A DNA stretch of 64,000 nt from an uncultured Anaerolineales bacterium (GTDB lineage Bacteria > Chloroflexota > Anaerolineae > B4-G1 > SLSP01). The position numbers and the translations under genes were made by a program. Under the pieces are notes generated by a model. The model saw nothing but the letters and a program-made list of their open reading frames with translations, was not told the DNA's origin and did no database searches. The DNA lies in NCBI GenBank assembly GCA_964504195.1, contig CAZDDI010000010.1, forward strand, positions 22,956 through 86,955, in the 5' to 3' direction. Below are positions 47,681 through 57,910 of the stretch, one piece after another; the first letter of the stretch is position 1, and every line of letters begins with the position of its first letter.

Positions 47681-47735
47681 TGAAACCTGCCAGGGCTTCA
47701 GGTTTCAACTGACTTGCCAGCAAACCCACCTTGCA
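47681..47735. repeat. Palindromic fragment related to the MITE family arms.
   Basis: tgaaacctgccagggcttcaggtttca is a perfect hairpin. The adjacent gacttgccagc resembles the MITE left arm. It sits in a divergent intergenic region. Confidence 0.4.
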
Positions 47736-47781
47736 GTATCATTGAATTGAAGCTCCGGCCATACCGGATAGTTGAAGAGGA

Positions 47782-49734
47782 ATGATGCAACATAACCGCG
47801 ATGTATATCTACAAGAAATGCCTTTGGAAGATGCTTGGGCGCGATTGCGCGTGGCGCTGGCTGAGGCCGGACGCGATGCACCGCTGGCGGGGGAGGAAGT
47901 ACTACTGGCTGAGGCGCTCGGTCGCGTGACCGCCGCCCCGGTGTGGGCGTTGCTCTCATCGCCGCACTATCACGCCTGCGCAATGGACGGTTACGCCGTG
48001 CGCGCTGAAGACACGCACGGGGCGAGCGATGCACATCCCGCACGGTTGGCGCTGGAGTCGCAGGCTGCGCCGGTGGATACGGGCGACCCGCTGCCGTCCT
48101 GGGCTGATGCGGTGTTGATGGTGGAGCACGTTCAACAAGCCGGCGAGCACATCCTGCTGCGCGCGCCGGCGGCGCGCTGGCAGCACGTCCGCGCGGTAGG
48201 CGAAGATATCGTCGCAACGGAGCTGCTGTTGCCCGCCAATCACCTGCTGCGCCCGGTGGATTTGGGCGCGGCGGCGGGCGCGGGTCACGCGCAGCTGCTG
48301 GTACGCCGCAAGCCCCGCGTCGCCATCATCCCCACCGGCGACGAGCTCATCCCCCCCGGTCAACCGCCCCAGCCGGGCGAGATTGTGGAGTACAACAGCC
48401 TGATCCTCTCCGCGCAGGTGCGGGCGTGGGGCGGCGAACCGCTCTGCTGGCCCATCGTGCGCGATGACCTGGAAGCGCTGGTGGCAGCGGTAGCCGAAGC
48501 TGCGACCCAAGCCGATCTGGTGCTGGTGAATGCCGGCTCCTCTGCCGGACGCGGCGATTTCACCTCGCGCATCGTCGAGCAGTTGGGGGAGTTGCTCGTG
48601 CATGGCATTAATGTGCGCCCCGGCCACCCGGTCGTCATCGGGATGATAGGGACAGAGCGTGTGCCGCTCATCGGCGTACCGGGCTATCCGGTCTCCGCCA
48701 CGCTCACCGCCGAGCTGTTCGTCGAGCCGCTGCTGCGCCACTGGTTGGGGCTGCCCGCGCCGCAACGGCCCACGCTCGAAGCACACATCACCCGCAAACT
48801 ACTCTCGCCCGCTGGCGATGAGGAGCTGGTGCGTGTGGTGGTGGGGCGGGTAGGCGAACGCACAATTGCCGCGCCGCTCTCGCGGGGCGCGGGCACGCTC
48901 ACCTCGCTGGTGCGCGCCGATGGGCTGGTGCGTATCCCGCGCTTCTTGGAGGGCGTCAACGCAGGCGAACGGGTGACGGTTCACCTGTACCGTGCGCCGT
49001 ATGAGATCGAGCACACGCTGCTAGCTATCGGCAGCCACGATTTGCTGCTCGATCTGCTGGCGCAGACGTTGGCGGAGGGCGCAGATCCGCGCCGCCTGGT
49101 GAGCGCGCACGCGGGCAGCCTGGGCGGACTCACGGCCCTGGCGCGCGGCGAGGCGCATCTGGCCGGTTCGCATTTGCTCGATCCGGAAACCGGCGAGTAT
49201 AACCTATCTTACATCCGCCGGTATCTGCCGGAGACGCCGGTGCGCGTGGTGACGCTCACCCGCCGGGAGCAAGGGTTCATCGTGGCGCCCGGCAACCCGC
49301 AGAGGATTACTGGCCTCGCAGATTTGACCCGCCCGGACGTGGTCTACGTCAACCGGCAACGTGGCGCAGGCACGCGCGTGCTGCTCGATTACGGGCTGGC
49401 GCAAGCTGGCATCACGGCAGAACAGGTGCAAGGCTACACCCGTGAAGAAGTGACGCATCTGGCGGTGGCAGCGGCGGTGGCGACCGGCCTGGCCGATTGT
49501 GGGCTAGGCATTCGCGGCGCGGCGGCGGCGTTAGGGCTGGATTTCGTGCCCTATACCTGGGAGCGTTACGATTTAATTATCCCGCGCGCGTATTGGGAGA
49601 GCAAGCTGCTCGCGCCATTGCGTGATGTACTACATTCGCCGGGCTTCCGGCAGGCGGCTGCGGCGCTGCCCGGCTACGATCCAACGGACATGGGCGACGA
49701 GATTGTTCCGAGACTCAGCAGATCACATATTTAA
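47782..49734 (+). CDS. moeA: Molybdopterin molybdotransferase MoeA fused to a C-terminal periplasmic-binding-protein-like (molybdate/tungstate-binding-type) domain.
   Basis: MoeA N-terminal and MoCF-binding domains (LVLVNAGSSAGRGDFT). About 220 extra C-terminal residues have a PBP-like pattern (LAIGSHDLLLDLL...VVYVNRQRGAGTR...). Confidence 0.7.
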   Translation: MMQHNRDVYLQEMPLEDAWARLRVALAEAGRDAPLAGEEVLLAEALGRVTAAPVWALLSSPHYHACAMDGYAVRAEDTHGASDAHPARLALESQAAPVDTGDPLPSWADAVLMVEHVQQAGEHILLRAPAARWQHVRAVGEDIVATELLLPANHLLRPVDLGAAAGAGHAQLLVRRKPRVAIIPTGDELIPPGQPPQPGEIVEYNSLILSAQVRAWGGEPLCWPIVRDDLEALVAAVAEAATQADLVLVNAGSSAGRGDFTSRIVEQLGELLVHGINVRPGHPVVIGMIGTERVPLIGVPGYPVSATLTAELFVEPLLRHWLGLPAPQRPTLEAHITRKLLSPAGDEELVRVVVGRVGERTIAAPLSRGAGTLTSLVRADGLVRIPRFLEGVNAGERVTVHLYRAPYEIEHTLLAIGSHDLLLDLLAQTLAEGADPRRLVSAHAGSLGGLTALARGEAHLAGSHLLDPETGEYNLSYIRRYLPETPVRVVTLTRREQGFIVAPGNPQRITGLADLTRPDVVYVNRQRGAGTRVLLDYGLAQAGITAEQVQGYTREEVTHLAVAAAVATGLADCGLGIRGAAAALGLDFVPYTWERYDLIIPRAYWESKLLAPLRDVLHSPGFRQAAAALPGYDPTDMGDEIVPRLSRSHI

Positions 49735-49960
49735 GCTCGCAGTATATTTTTGGCATACCAGAAGCACGATAAATCGTGCTCTACAAGCAAATTCTACTAA
49801 GCCTGTAAGCATTCCGCTCTTTGTGAAACATGCTGTGTTTCACGGATCACGCATTTAGTACCTGTTCCAAACTTCCGCTGTCAATCGCGTCTTTCAAGAT
49901 CCGATGCTGGTTTGGATAGGTTCAACTAGATTTTTAGTATCATAACGAAAGGCTGTTATT

Positions 49961-50803
49961 GTGAAGCGCAAGCATAAGCTCATCCTGATAATTTTTGGAG
50001 CGGTGAATTTACTGTTCTTCTGTGGACTCGGCGGCGCCGCATGGTGGCTAACCCGTTCCCCCACGCCGGCTGTAACGCTGATCGCTATGCAGCCGCTTTC
50101 ATCGGCTACGCCGACCCTCATCTTCCAATGGACGGCGACGCCCACGCTCACACCCTTACCGGAAATCGAAGGCCGGCCCACGCGTACCCCCACACCCACG
50201 CGCACACCGTTTCCTACCCGGATCCCCAATACGGCGACGCCTACACCAACCGTGGTCTCCGAACCTATCCTATTACAGAACGCCAATTTCGATGTACTGA
50301 TGCTTAACAATATTCCTGGCTGGGAATGGGACGCCACAATCAATTACATCCCTGGTCGAGAATATGATCCGGTCACATCTTACGCCGAACCCATGTTTAT
50401 GCCGGCGGACGACCCGATGCGCCGCATTCAAGGGAGCACATTAAAAATCGAGACTGTGCGTTGGCTCAAGTTCCAGACCTGGATCCACCAAACCATCACC
50501 GTGCCTACGGGCAGCCTGGTCACTTTCCAGATCAAGGCGGGTGCTTTTTCCTCCATAGATTCCATCATGGTCAAGGCCGGAGTTGATCCTAACGGCAACG
50601 GGAACTGTGAACGCGCACGCTGGGGGGAGGAGCTATCTATCAATCAGGATAGCGGTGTGGTCACGCTAAGTTCGCCGCGCCTAACAGTAGGGGCAGAAGG
50701 ACGCATCACGGTCTGTTTTTTTGCCGAACCACGCTATCCTGACGTGAACAATGCGGCGTTTTTCGATGTAGCTGAACTGAAAGTTATTCTACCACCGCCC
50801 TGA
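49961..50803 (+). CDS. Membrane-anchored/secreted hypothetical protein with a Pro/Thr-rich linker and a C-terminal beta-sandwich-like domain.
   Basis: N-terminal transmembrane segment, then a TPTPTRTPFPTRIPNTATPTPT linker. Confidence 0.5.
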   Translation: MKRKHKLILIIFGAVNLLFFCGLGGAAWWLTRSPTPAVTLIAMQPLSSATPTLIFQWTATPTLTPLPEIEGRPTRTPTPTRTPFPTRIPNTATPTPTVVSEPILLQNANFDVLMLNNIPGWEWDATINYIPGREYDPVTSYAEPMFMPADDPMRRIQGSTLKIETVRWLKFQTWIHQTITVPTGSLVTFQIKAGAFSSIDSIMVKAGVDPNGNGNCERARWGEELSINQDSGVVTLSSPRLTVGAEGRITVCFFAEPRYPDVNNAAFFDVAELKVILPPP

Positions 50804-50826
50804 TGGCGGCAAACAAAGGAGCTACT

Positions 50827-51900
50827 ATGCACACCAAGAGTATACCTGTTGCGTGCGATGTGGTCGTCGTAGGAGCCGGGCTTGCCGGAGCGCTGATAGC
50901 ACGCCGGCTGGCAGAAGAAAATGTGAGCGTCGCGGTACTGGAAGCAGATACGCCGGCCAGGGGGGCCACTGCGCGCGGGCTGGGACTGGCCCTCTTAGGC
51001 ACACCAGAACCCTATGCCCGGCTCGTCGAGCGGCTGGGCGCAACGGCAGCCCGCGACTTATGGGCATTGACGCGCGAGAATCTCAACCTGCTCACTGCAA
51101 CCGCCGAGCGCCTGGAGCAACCAGTCGCAACAGTGGGCAGTCTGCGTATCACAGATAGCAGTGCTGAGGCGACGCTGGTGCAGCAAAGTGCTATGCTGCT
51201 GGCTGAGGCTGGATTCGATGCTACACTGGAAGACGCCACCGACCTGGGGTTTTTAATCGGCGTACAAACGGCAGGCGATCTGGCCTTCGATCCGCCCGCG
51301 CTCACCCACGCGCTGCTCAATCATCCGGGGGTGGTAGTGCAATCCCACACTACCGTGCAACAAATCATCCCCCGTGAAGACGATTTGGAGATTTGGGCGC
51401 GCAAACACTTCATTCGCACCAAAGCGGTCGTGCTGACGGCAGGAGCACATGTAGTGCATCTCAATCCGGGACTGAGCGCGCAGCTCGTGCCGCTGATGGT
51501 GCATAGTGCGGCTATGCCGGCGGCGGAAAACCTGGCTACACCGTTGGTATTGCACGATGGACAGGTCATCGCTTACGCACAGAATGCAACGTGGCAGTTG
51601 AACGCCTGGACGCCCGCCCCTGACGTAGAAGCCTGGACGCTGCTCAGTGAGACGGCACAACAGCTTGCCCCAGATGCGCAGCTACACCGCCGGGATACTA
51701 CATGGGTGGCGTATAGCCGCGATGGATTGCCCATTGTGGGCGAGCTACCCAGATTACCGCGCGTCTACACGCTCAGCGGATTAGGGCCATGGGGCTGGAG
51801 CTGGATCTTCACAGCGGCGGAACACCTGCTAGCGCTCATGCTACACGATACCCCACCCACATCCTACTTCGCGCCGAAGCGGTTCACCGAAGGGAAATAA
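50827..51900 (+). CDS. FAD-dependent oxidoreductase (DAO family).
   Basis: DVVVVGAGLAGALIARRLAEENVSVAVLEAD is a Rossmann GxGxxG with a beta-alpha-beta fold. RBS aaaggag precedes the ATG at 50827. Confidence 0.75.
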   Translation: MHTKSIPVACDVVVVGAGLAGALIARRLAEENVSVAVLEADTPARGATARGLGLALLGTPEPYARLVERLGATAARDLWALTRENLNLLTATAERLEQPVATVGSLRITDSSAEATLVQQSAMLLAEAGFDATLEDATDLGFLIGVQTAGDLAFDPPALTHALLNHPGVVVQSHTTVQQIIPREDDLEIWARKHFIRTKAVVLTAGAHVVHLNPGLSAQLVPLMVHSAAMPAAENLATPLVLHDGQVIAYAQNATWQLNAWTPAPDVEAWTLLSETAQQLAPDAQLHRRDTTWVAYSRDGLPIVGELPRLPRVYTLSGLGPWGWSWIFTAAEHLLALMLHDTPPTSYFAPKRFTEGK

Positions 51901-52034
51901 CTTTGTACCTCCGGGGGATTTGTGCTATACTAAAGATGGTATTGCAAAATTCGCAGTACAATAGCAAAAGCATTCCCGACATACCATCCTGATCCGCGCT
52001 CCGAGCGCACCAAACTATGCAGAAGGAGTGAAGC

Positions 52035-52742
52035 GTGTCAACCGAACCAGCCAGCATCCCGCAAATAATTCGAGTCGTCATTGTAGACGATCACCCATTC
52101 TTCCGGCAGGGATTGCGCGACGTGTTGAGCGCCGAACCCGATATTGATGTCATTGGCGAAGCCGAAAATGGCGATGATGCGGCCATCCTGCTACCTAAAT
52201 TAAATCCGCACGTCACGTTAATGGATGTGAACCTGCCCGGCAGCAACGGTCTTCAGGTAACGCAGAAAGTCAAGTCCCGTTGCCCCCATATTAACTTCAT
52301 CATCCTCACAGCCTACGATGACGAAGAGCAAATCTATCACGCGGTACGCATCGGAGCTTCGGCCTATTTTGCCAAAGACGTGTCCCCAGAACAACTTATC
52401 GAGACGATCCGTACAGTGGCCGCCGGTTATTATGTGATTGCCGGGCATCGAATGGCACAGGAGGAAGCGGAGCAATGGCTGCTAGACGGCTACCGGCGCT
52501 ACGGCGTGAAACCCGAAGACATCGCCTTTTCGCCGCTTAGCACGCGCGAGATGGAGATTTTGGAGCTCATCATTGAAGGGTTGAGCAATAAAGAAATCGC
52601 CTTCAAGCTAGGCATCAGCCAGCAAACTGTCAAAAATCATGTTACTTCGATTCTCTCCAAACTAAATCTATCCGATCGCACGCAGGCTGCCATCTACGCC
52701 CTCCGGCGCGGCTGGGTGCGATTGCCTACTGCGCACGAATAA
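52035..52742 (+). CDS. NarL/FixJ-family response regulator (REC + LuxR HTH).
   Basis: VVIVDDHPFFRQGL...LSTREMEILELIIEGLSNKEIAFKLGISQQTVKNHV. Confidence 0.9.
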   Translation: MSTEPASIPQIIRVVIVDDHPFFRQGLRDVLSAEPDIDVIGEAENGDDAAILLPKLNPHVTLMDVNLPGSNGLQVTQKVKSRCPHINFIILTAYDDEEQIYHAVRIGASAYFAKDVSPEQLIETIRTVAAGYYVIAGHRMAQEEAEQWLLDGYRRYGVKPEDIAFSPLSTREMEILELIIEGLSNKEIAFKLGISQQTVKNHVTSILSKLNLSDRTQAAIYALRRGWVRLPTAHE

Positions 52743-52788
52743 ACCCGTCCGAATTCGAATTCAACTCTATGTCTAAGAGGAGCTAACC

Positions 52789-53841
52789 ATGACCGACACC
52801 GCCTGGCAAGAATTCATCGAAACGACTCGGAAAAACTATGAGCAAGTCCAACGCGAACTCAAAGAGGTAGATATGTTGATCCAACAAACCACCTCGGAAG
52901 TGGATCGGTTGACACAACAAAACGCCAAATCCGTCGCTCGCGTGCGCCAAATGGAAGCGCAATTTGACACACTACCCCGCGAGGACATCAAAGGCGCGTA
53001 TGTCTCAATGATCGAGAACCAACAGCGCTTGTTCACAATGCGGGGGCAGCTGGAAAAGTTGCAGAGTGACCAGAGAAATCTCACCCGCCTATCCGAAACC
53101 CATCAAGTTTTACTGAATTCCTTCGCCCCACAAGAAGCTGATCTCGTTGAAGAAGGGTACGAGCCACCATCACAGCAAGCCTTGGTCATCAACATTATTG
53201 AGGCCCAAGAGCGCGAACGGTTAAGACTCTCGCGCCAGATGCACGATGGGCCAGCGCAGGCACTTACCAATCTGGTCATCCAGGCAGAAATTTGCGAGCG
53301 CCTTTTTGACCGGGACCCGACCCGCGCCAAAGTGGAACTGGCCGAACTCAAAGACAACGTCTCCAGCACCTTCCACAAGGTCAAAGGGTTCATTTTTGAG
53401 CTTCGCCCCATGATGTTGGATGATTTAGGGCTAGTGCCCACAATGAAGCGCTATGTGGATGGGCTTTCGGAAAGCGGATTCAGCGGCGTGATGCTCACCG
53501 TCACCGGCAAAGAGCAGCGTTTGGCGCGACACAAAGAAGTGACCTTGTTCCGCGTGACACAAGAGCTAATCCATCTGGCGCGTGAGTACAGCCACGCTTC
53601 CAATATCAAAATTATGCTGGATATGGGCGAAGAACAAGTACGTGTGATACTGGAAGACAACGGCAATGGTTTCGACCTGGATCCAGAACTCTCCTCGCCT
53701 GAGGCGACGCGGCTAGGGTTGAATACGCTACGTGAGCGGCTGGAAATGCTAAAGGGCACCTTCATCTGCGAGACTTCACTGGGCCAAGGATTGCGCATCA
53801 CCTTCACCCTGCCTGCCGATGAGGAAATCGAAATCCAGTAG
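52789..53841 (+). CDS. Cytoplasmic sensor histidine kinase (HisKA_3 + HATPase_c) with an N-terminal coiled coil.
   Basis: H-box ERERLRLSRQMHDGPAQALTNL. C-terminal ATPase G-boxes. No transmembrane segment. Confidence 0.85.
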   Translation: MTDTAWQEFIETTRKNYEQVQRELKEVDMLIQQTTSEVDRLTQQNAKSVARVRQMEAQFDTLPREDIKGAYVSMIENQQRLFTMRGQLEKLQSDQRNLTRLSETHQVLLNSFAPQEADLVEEGYEPPSQQALVINIIEAQERERLRLSRQMHDGPAQALTNLVIQAEICERLFDRDPTRAKVELAELKDNVSSTFHKVKGFIFELRPMMLDDLGLVPTMKRYVDGLSESGFSGVMLTVTGKEQRLARHKEVTLFRVTQELIHLAREYSHASNIKIMLDMGEEQVRVILEDNGNGFDLDPELSSPEATRLGLNTLRERLEMLKGTFICETSLGQGLRITFTLPADEEIEIQ

Positions 53842-53845
53842 TGGC

Positions 53846-53874
53846 TTGACAAGCTTTCTAAAAACGCATACAAT
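53846..53874 (+). promoter_or_regulatory. Near-consensus sigma70-type promoter: TTGACA, 17-bp spacer, TACAAT.
   Basis: ttgacaagctttctaaaaacgcatacaat. It lies about 285 nt upstream of the eRF1-like gene. Confidence 0.55.
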
Positions 53875-54156
53875 GAAAGTGTAACCTTACGGAGATAGCG
53901 TACACGGTAACTTCGTGAGCAAATATGTAACAACTTGGGGTGCAGGTACAGCGTATGCGAAACAACACCTTTCATGTTACCAACTATCAGACAACTGCGG
54001 GTCAATTTTGTGACCCGCAGTTGTGTATCTAACCACATTTCACATCCCGCCAGGGAGAAAGGAGGCTTATCCCAAACATTGACCGTACATCTTCCGTTAC
54101 ACTTGAGCTTTTTGTATGGAGCTCACCATCAAATCCATTGGGAGAAAGGATGAACT

Positions 54157-55260
54157 ATGTTCGATCAAAAAGTGCTGCGAGAACTGGCTACCACTGTTAC
54201 CGCCGGGCCTATCCTAAGCATTTACCTCAATGTTGACCCCCTGCAACGCAATGCTGATGAGTACCGACTCACCTTACGCGAAATGCTCAAGCAAGTGGAG
54301 GGCGAAGCCGATTCCGCAGACATCGAAGCGGTTAAGCGGTATTTGGATTTGGAATATGATTGGGCGGGACGCGGACTCGTGCTCTTTTCTCGCCAGGCTG
54401 AACGACTATGGCACGCTTTCGCGCTCTCAGTTCCCGTGCGTTCCGGCATCACTGTAGCCAAGAAACCCTACATTTCACCGCTGGTTGAACTAGAAGGACT
54501 GTACGGGCGCTATGGCGTCATTCAGGTGGATCAACAGGGGGCACGTTTCTTCTTATTCCACCTGGGTGAATTGATCGCTCAAGAAGGGGTTATGGGTGAA
54601 GGCGTCCGGCGGACGCGCAAGGGACGCGGTTCTTCAATGGTGGGGATGCGCGGCGGGGCACCGGCTTCTGGGCGCAAGGAAGCCGAACTGGTACAGCGCA
54701 ATCAACGGGAAATCGCCGAAGCCGTCACCGGCTTTGTCCAACAACATCGCCCCCGCCGGTTGTTATTGGCCGGAGCCGAGCATACACTAGCGCAATTTCA
54801 GGAAGCGTTGCCCGCAACATTGCGCGAGAGCGTCGTTGCCACGTTCAGCGCAGATATGGATGCTAACGAAAACGAAATTCGTGATCACTCGCTGGCTCTG
54901 TTGCAACAGCTGGAAGAACAGCGCAAACAGACCCTGGTGGAGGCCGTCATCACGGCGGCGGCGAAGGGACTGAATGGGGTAATTCGCCTGGACGATACGT
55001 TGACCGCCGCCTACGAGGGGCGTATCCAGGTGCTAGTGGTGGAGCGCGACTTTCACCAGCCAGGCTATCAATGCAGCGGGTGTGGGGCCCTCACTACACA
55101 AGCTTTGCCAATGTGTCACTTCTGTGGCAAGTCTTTCACTGAAATCCCCGACGCGGCTGAAGCCGTGGTCGCGCAAGTGGTGGAGAAAGGCGGCACAGTA
55201 GAAGTGGTGGATAACAATATAATGGGTGAGGCTCACATCGGAGCCTTGCTACGCTACTAA
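54157..55260 (+). CDS. eRF1/Pelota-superfamily-like protein (bacterial baeRF1 / host-attachment-like) with a C-terminal Cys4 zinc ribbon.
   Basis: A C-terminal VLVVERDFHQPGYQCSGCGALTTQALPMCHFCG motif. The overall three-domain layout resembles release-factor-like proteins. Family assignment is tentative. Confidence 0.4.
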   Translation: MFDQKVLRELATTVTAGPILSIYLNVDPLQRNADEYRLTLREMLKQVEGEADSADIEAVKRYLDLEYDWAGRGLVLFSRQAERLWHAFALSVPVRSGITVAKKPYISPLVELEGLYGRYGVIQVDQQGARFFLFHLGELIAQEGVMGEGVRRTRKGRGSSMVGMRGGAPASGRKEAELVQRNQREIAEAVTGFVQQHRPRRLLLAGAEHTLAQFQEALPATLRESVVATFSADMDANENEIRDHSLALLQQLEEQRKQTLVEAVITAAAKGLNGVIRLDDTLTAAYEGRIQVLVVERDFHQPGYQCSGCGALTTQALPMCHFCGKSFTEIPDAAEAVVAQVVEKGGTVEVVDNNIMGEAHIGALLRY

Positions 55261-55272
55261 ACGACTATTCAC

Positions 55273-55307
55273 AAAAAGCGGGGAGACTCATCAGCTCCCC
55301 GCTTTTT
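55273..55307. terminator. Bidirectional rho-independent terminator between convergent genes.
   Basis: The hairpin aaaaagcggggagactcatcagctccccgcttttt has A/T runs on both sides. Confidence 0.75.
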
Positions 55308-55337
55308 GCTTCCGGTTCATCCTCTTAAAAAGCCGTC

Positions 55338-57755
55338 TTATTCCTGTTTGGTGGAACGCAAGGGCAACAAAACATGGAACGTGCTGCCTGGACAGGTAGC
55401 CTCATCATAGCCGGGGCTTTCTACCCACAGATGCCCGCCATGCGCCTCGGTGATGCCTTTGGCTATTGCCAGCCCCAACCCAGGCCCGCCGCCTTTGAAT
55501 TTAGTCTTGCCGGATGAGTGCAGGGCCACCTCGCCCGTCTGGTAAAATTTGGTGAAGATAAGTTCCTGAAAATCGGGATCAATGCCGATACCGGTATCCC
55601 GCACCACAATCTCTACGCCCTCCGCCGCAAGACGCTCTTCCCCGACAGGCACAGCCCGCCCGGTCACGGTAATGCTGCCACCATCCGGCGTGTACTTGAT
55701 CGCGTTAATCAGCAATTGCTGGAAAACCTTCTTGAGCTCATTGCTGTCGGCTTCGAGCGTAGGAAGCGCGGGTAAATCAAACACGAGTGTAAGGTCGCGA
55801 TCAGCCAACGTGTCTTTGAAGCCCTCATGGACATGCTGCAATACAGTCGCAAGTTTAACAGTCTGCATGTGCAGCTGCAAGGCGCGACTGTCAATCTTCG
55901 CCATATCAAGCATGGTATTGATGATTTCATGCAAGCGCACCGCCCCGTCATAGATGCCACTGACCATCTGCTGGTGCATAGGGCTGGCCTCGATGATGGC
56001 ATCCTTGAGAAGGATTTGGCTGTAACCGCGTAGCGTAGTAAGTGGGGTGCGCAGCTCGTGCGCGGCGACATTGATGAAATCACTCTTGGTGCGGTCGAGG
56101 CGTTCAAGCTGGGCATAGGCACGGGTAACATTGGCGTAGAGGCGGGCATTTTCCAACGCGGCCGCGGTTTGTCCGGCAAAAGCCGTCGTCAGCTCGGCCT
56201 CAGCCGGGATATAAGGGTCCGGCGACTCACGGGTAAGGGAAAGCATCCCGATCACCTCTTCCTGATGTAGCAACGGCACGCCCAACCACGAACGCGCACG
56301 CGGCAGATTATCCACATAAATCCAGCTCGCCCACGCTTCTACATCGGCAATGAGCAAGGGCTGGCGCGTGCGATAGATCTGCCAAAAGAGATCGTTGTCA
56401 TCGTCAATGGCGATGCGAATTGTTTGGAAGTTTGCCCCAGGGGGAAAACCGCGCGCGGCGACAATTTCCAAGTCTTCGTCGGAACGCAACATGACCGAGC
56501 CGCGATCAAAGGGAACAAGCGAATGCAAGTAATCGAGCAGTAGATCGAGGATTTTAGCCAAGTCGAGGGTTTGGGAAAGAGCCTGGCCGACCTCAGAAAG
56601 CGTCTCTGCCAGTACACGCCGCGAGCGTTCACTTTCGTAAGCGGAGGCATTCTGGATGGCGATAGCCACTTGCGAGGCCAATGATTGAAAAACGACCATA
56701 TCCTGCTCGCTAAAGACGCCCGTCTGCGTACTTTGAATGTCCAGCACCCCCAATAACGTTCCGGTCGCTTCGAGTGGTAACACCAGCTCAGACTGAGTGT
56801 CCGGAATGATGTCTACTTTGACATAACGTTGATCACGGGCGATGTTATTGACGAGAGCGGGCCGGCGATACTGGGCAACCCAGCCGATCAGCCCCTCTTC
56901 GCCTACCTTCATGCTGAACCCGCGCTGACAAAGCGCACGGCCCACCTCGCCGGTGCCAGCGCGGGACACAACGGCCTCGCCGGTCTCGTCGAGCAGAAAA
57001 ATACCAACGTAGTAATAACCATACTGCTTCTTGATCAACTCGACCACCTGGTTAAGCAGCACATCGAGGTTCAAAATCGAAGAAATACTCTGCCCCACAC
57101 CAATGGTAGTTTCGAGAGCGCGACGCGCACCTTGTGTAGATTGCAACGTAGTAACGAGCTCCTGCTGGCGCAGGTCATCGCTTAGGCGTAACCGCACCTG
57201 TTGACGCATCGCGCGCACACGGTTGAGATGTACAACAATACTTAAGGCAAAACCAAAAGCCAATGCAAAACCAAAGTGTATCCAGGCCGGATCAGCTGGG
57301 GAATTGTATGCAACGATGAACCACAATACAACAGAGGCTAGCAACACTGGTAATAACCATTGTGTAGAGAGGAAAAACAGGCTCAGGCCAATAATAAATA
57401 AAATAAAGTTAGTGGTCTGAAGTGGGTTCTGGTCAAAATAGATATGAAGGAAGATATTGACTAAAACCAAACCGGAAGCGCCGAGCGCAGTGGGGTAGAC
57501 TCTGGAAAGTGACACTTTACCCTTACGGATGCGGGTATAAATCAAGAACAACCCCAGCGCAGCAAGAATAGCAGCGACGAACATCACATTTCTGATGACG
57601 CCTTCGAGTAAGACAATATGCGCAAAGGCCAGCAGGGCCATGACCACACCCAGGCCCAGCGTGGCGGAGCGCATATCCTCGCGCATCATTACTGTCAGCG
57701 CCTCACGGAGAGCACGCTCACTAATGTGCGTAATTTTGGAATAGTCGTCGCTCAT
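55338..57755 (-). CDS. Membrane sensor histidine kinase with tandem GAF domains.
   Basis: Six to seven N-terminal transmembrane helices, then two GAF-like domains, HisKA (AAHELRTPLTTL) and HATPase_c (GGPGLGLAIAKGITEAHGG). Confidence 0.85.
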   Translation of the reverse strand: MSDDYSKITHISERALREALTVMMREDMRSATLGLGVVMALLAFAHIVLLEGVIRNVMFVAAILAALGLFLIYTRIRKGKVSLSRVYPTALGASGLVLVNIFLHIYFDQNPLQTTNFILFIIGLSLFFLSTQWLLPVLLASVVLWFIVAYNSPADPAWIHFGFALAFGFALSIVVHLNRVRAMRQQVRLRLSDDLRQQELVTTLQSTQGARRALETTIGVGQSISSILNLDVLLNQVVELIKKQYGYYYVGIFLLDETGEAVVSRAGTGEVGRALCQRGFSMKVGEEGLIGWVAQYRRPALVNNIARDQRYVKVDIIPDTQSELVLPLEATGTLLGVLDIQSTQTGVFSEQDMVVFQSLASQVAIAIQNASAYESERSRRVLAETLSEVGQALSQTLDLAKILDLLLDYLHSLVPFDRGSVMLRSDEDLEIVAARGFPPGANFQTIRIAIDDDNDLFWQIYRTRQPLLIADVEAWASWIYVDNLPRARSWLGVPLLHQEEVIGMLSLTRESPDPYIPAEAELTTAFAGQTAAALENARLYANVTRAYAQLERLDRTKSDFINVAAHELRTPLTTLRGYSQILLKDAIIEASPMHQQMVSGIYDGAVRLHEIINTMLDMAKIDSRALQLHMQTVKLATVLQHVHEGFKDTLADRDLTLVFDLPALPTLEADSNELKKVFQQLLINAIKYTPDGGSITVTGRAVPVGEERLAAEGVEIVVRDTGIGIDPDFQELIFTKFYQTGEVALHSSGKTKFKGGGPGLGLAIAKGITEAHGGHLWVESPGYDEATCPGSTFHVLLPLRSTKQE

Positions 57756-57776
57756 CGTAGTGACCTACCTGAACAC

Positions 57777-57910
57777 GCAATGTCATTAAGTTAAGACCTG
57801 GTAGGTTTCGCTAAAATTGTGTTTGACCATATTTTCCAGGTGAACAGGGATGGTTATAGCGTTAAGCCCCTCAACCCTGCCAGTTCTATGTGCTAAACTA
57901 AATGCCATTG
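57777..57910 (-). mobile_element. Complete MITE-like element, same family as 42415..42548 but in the opposite orientation. It is flanked by the perfect 9-bp direct repeat cctgaacac (57768-57776 and 57911-57919).
   Basis: The TIR caatgtcatta is at 57778-57788. The other end is aaatgccattg at 57900-57910. The internal arm is gcgaaacctaccaggtcttaacttaatgacattg in reverse complement. It sits 22 bp upstream of the GAF kinase start. Confidence 0.7.

Noticed and set aside
47705-48786. Minus-strand ORFs 47705..48217 and 47956..48786
   Set aside because: They are antisense to moeA and their translations are Arg/Pro-rich shadows.
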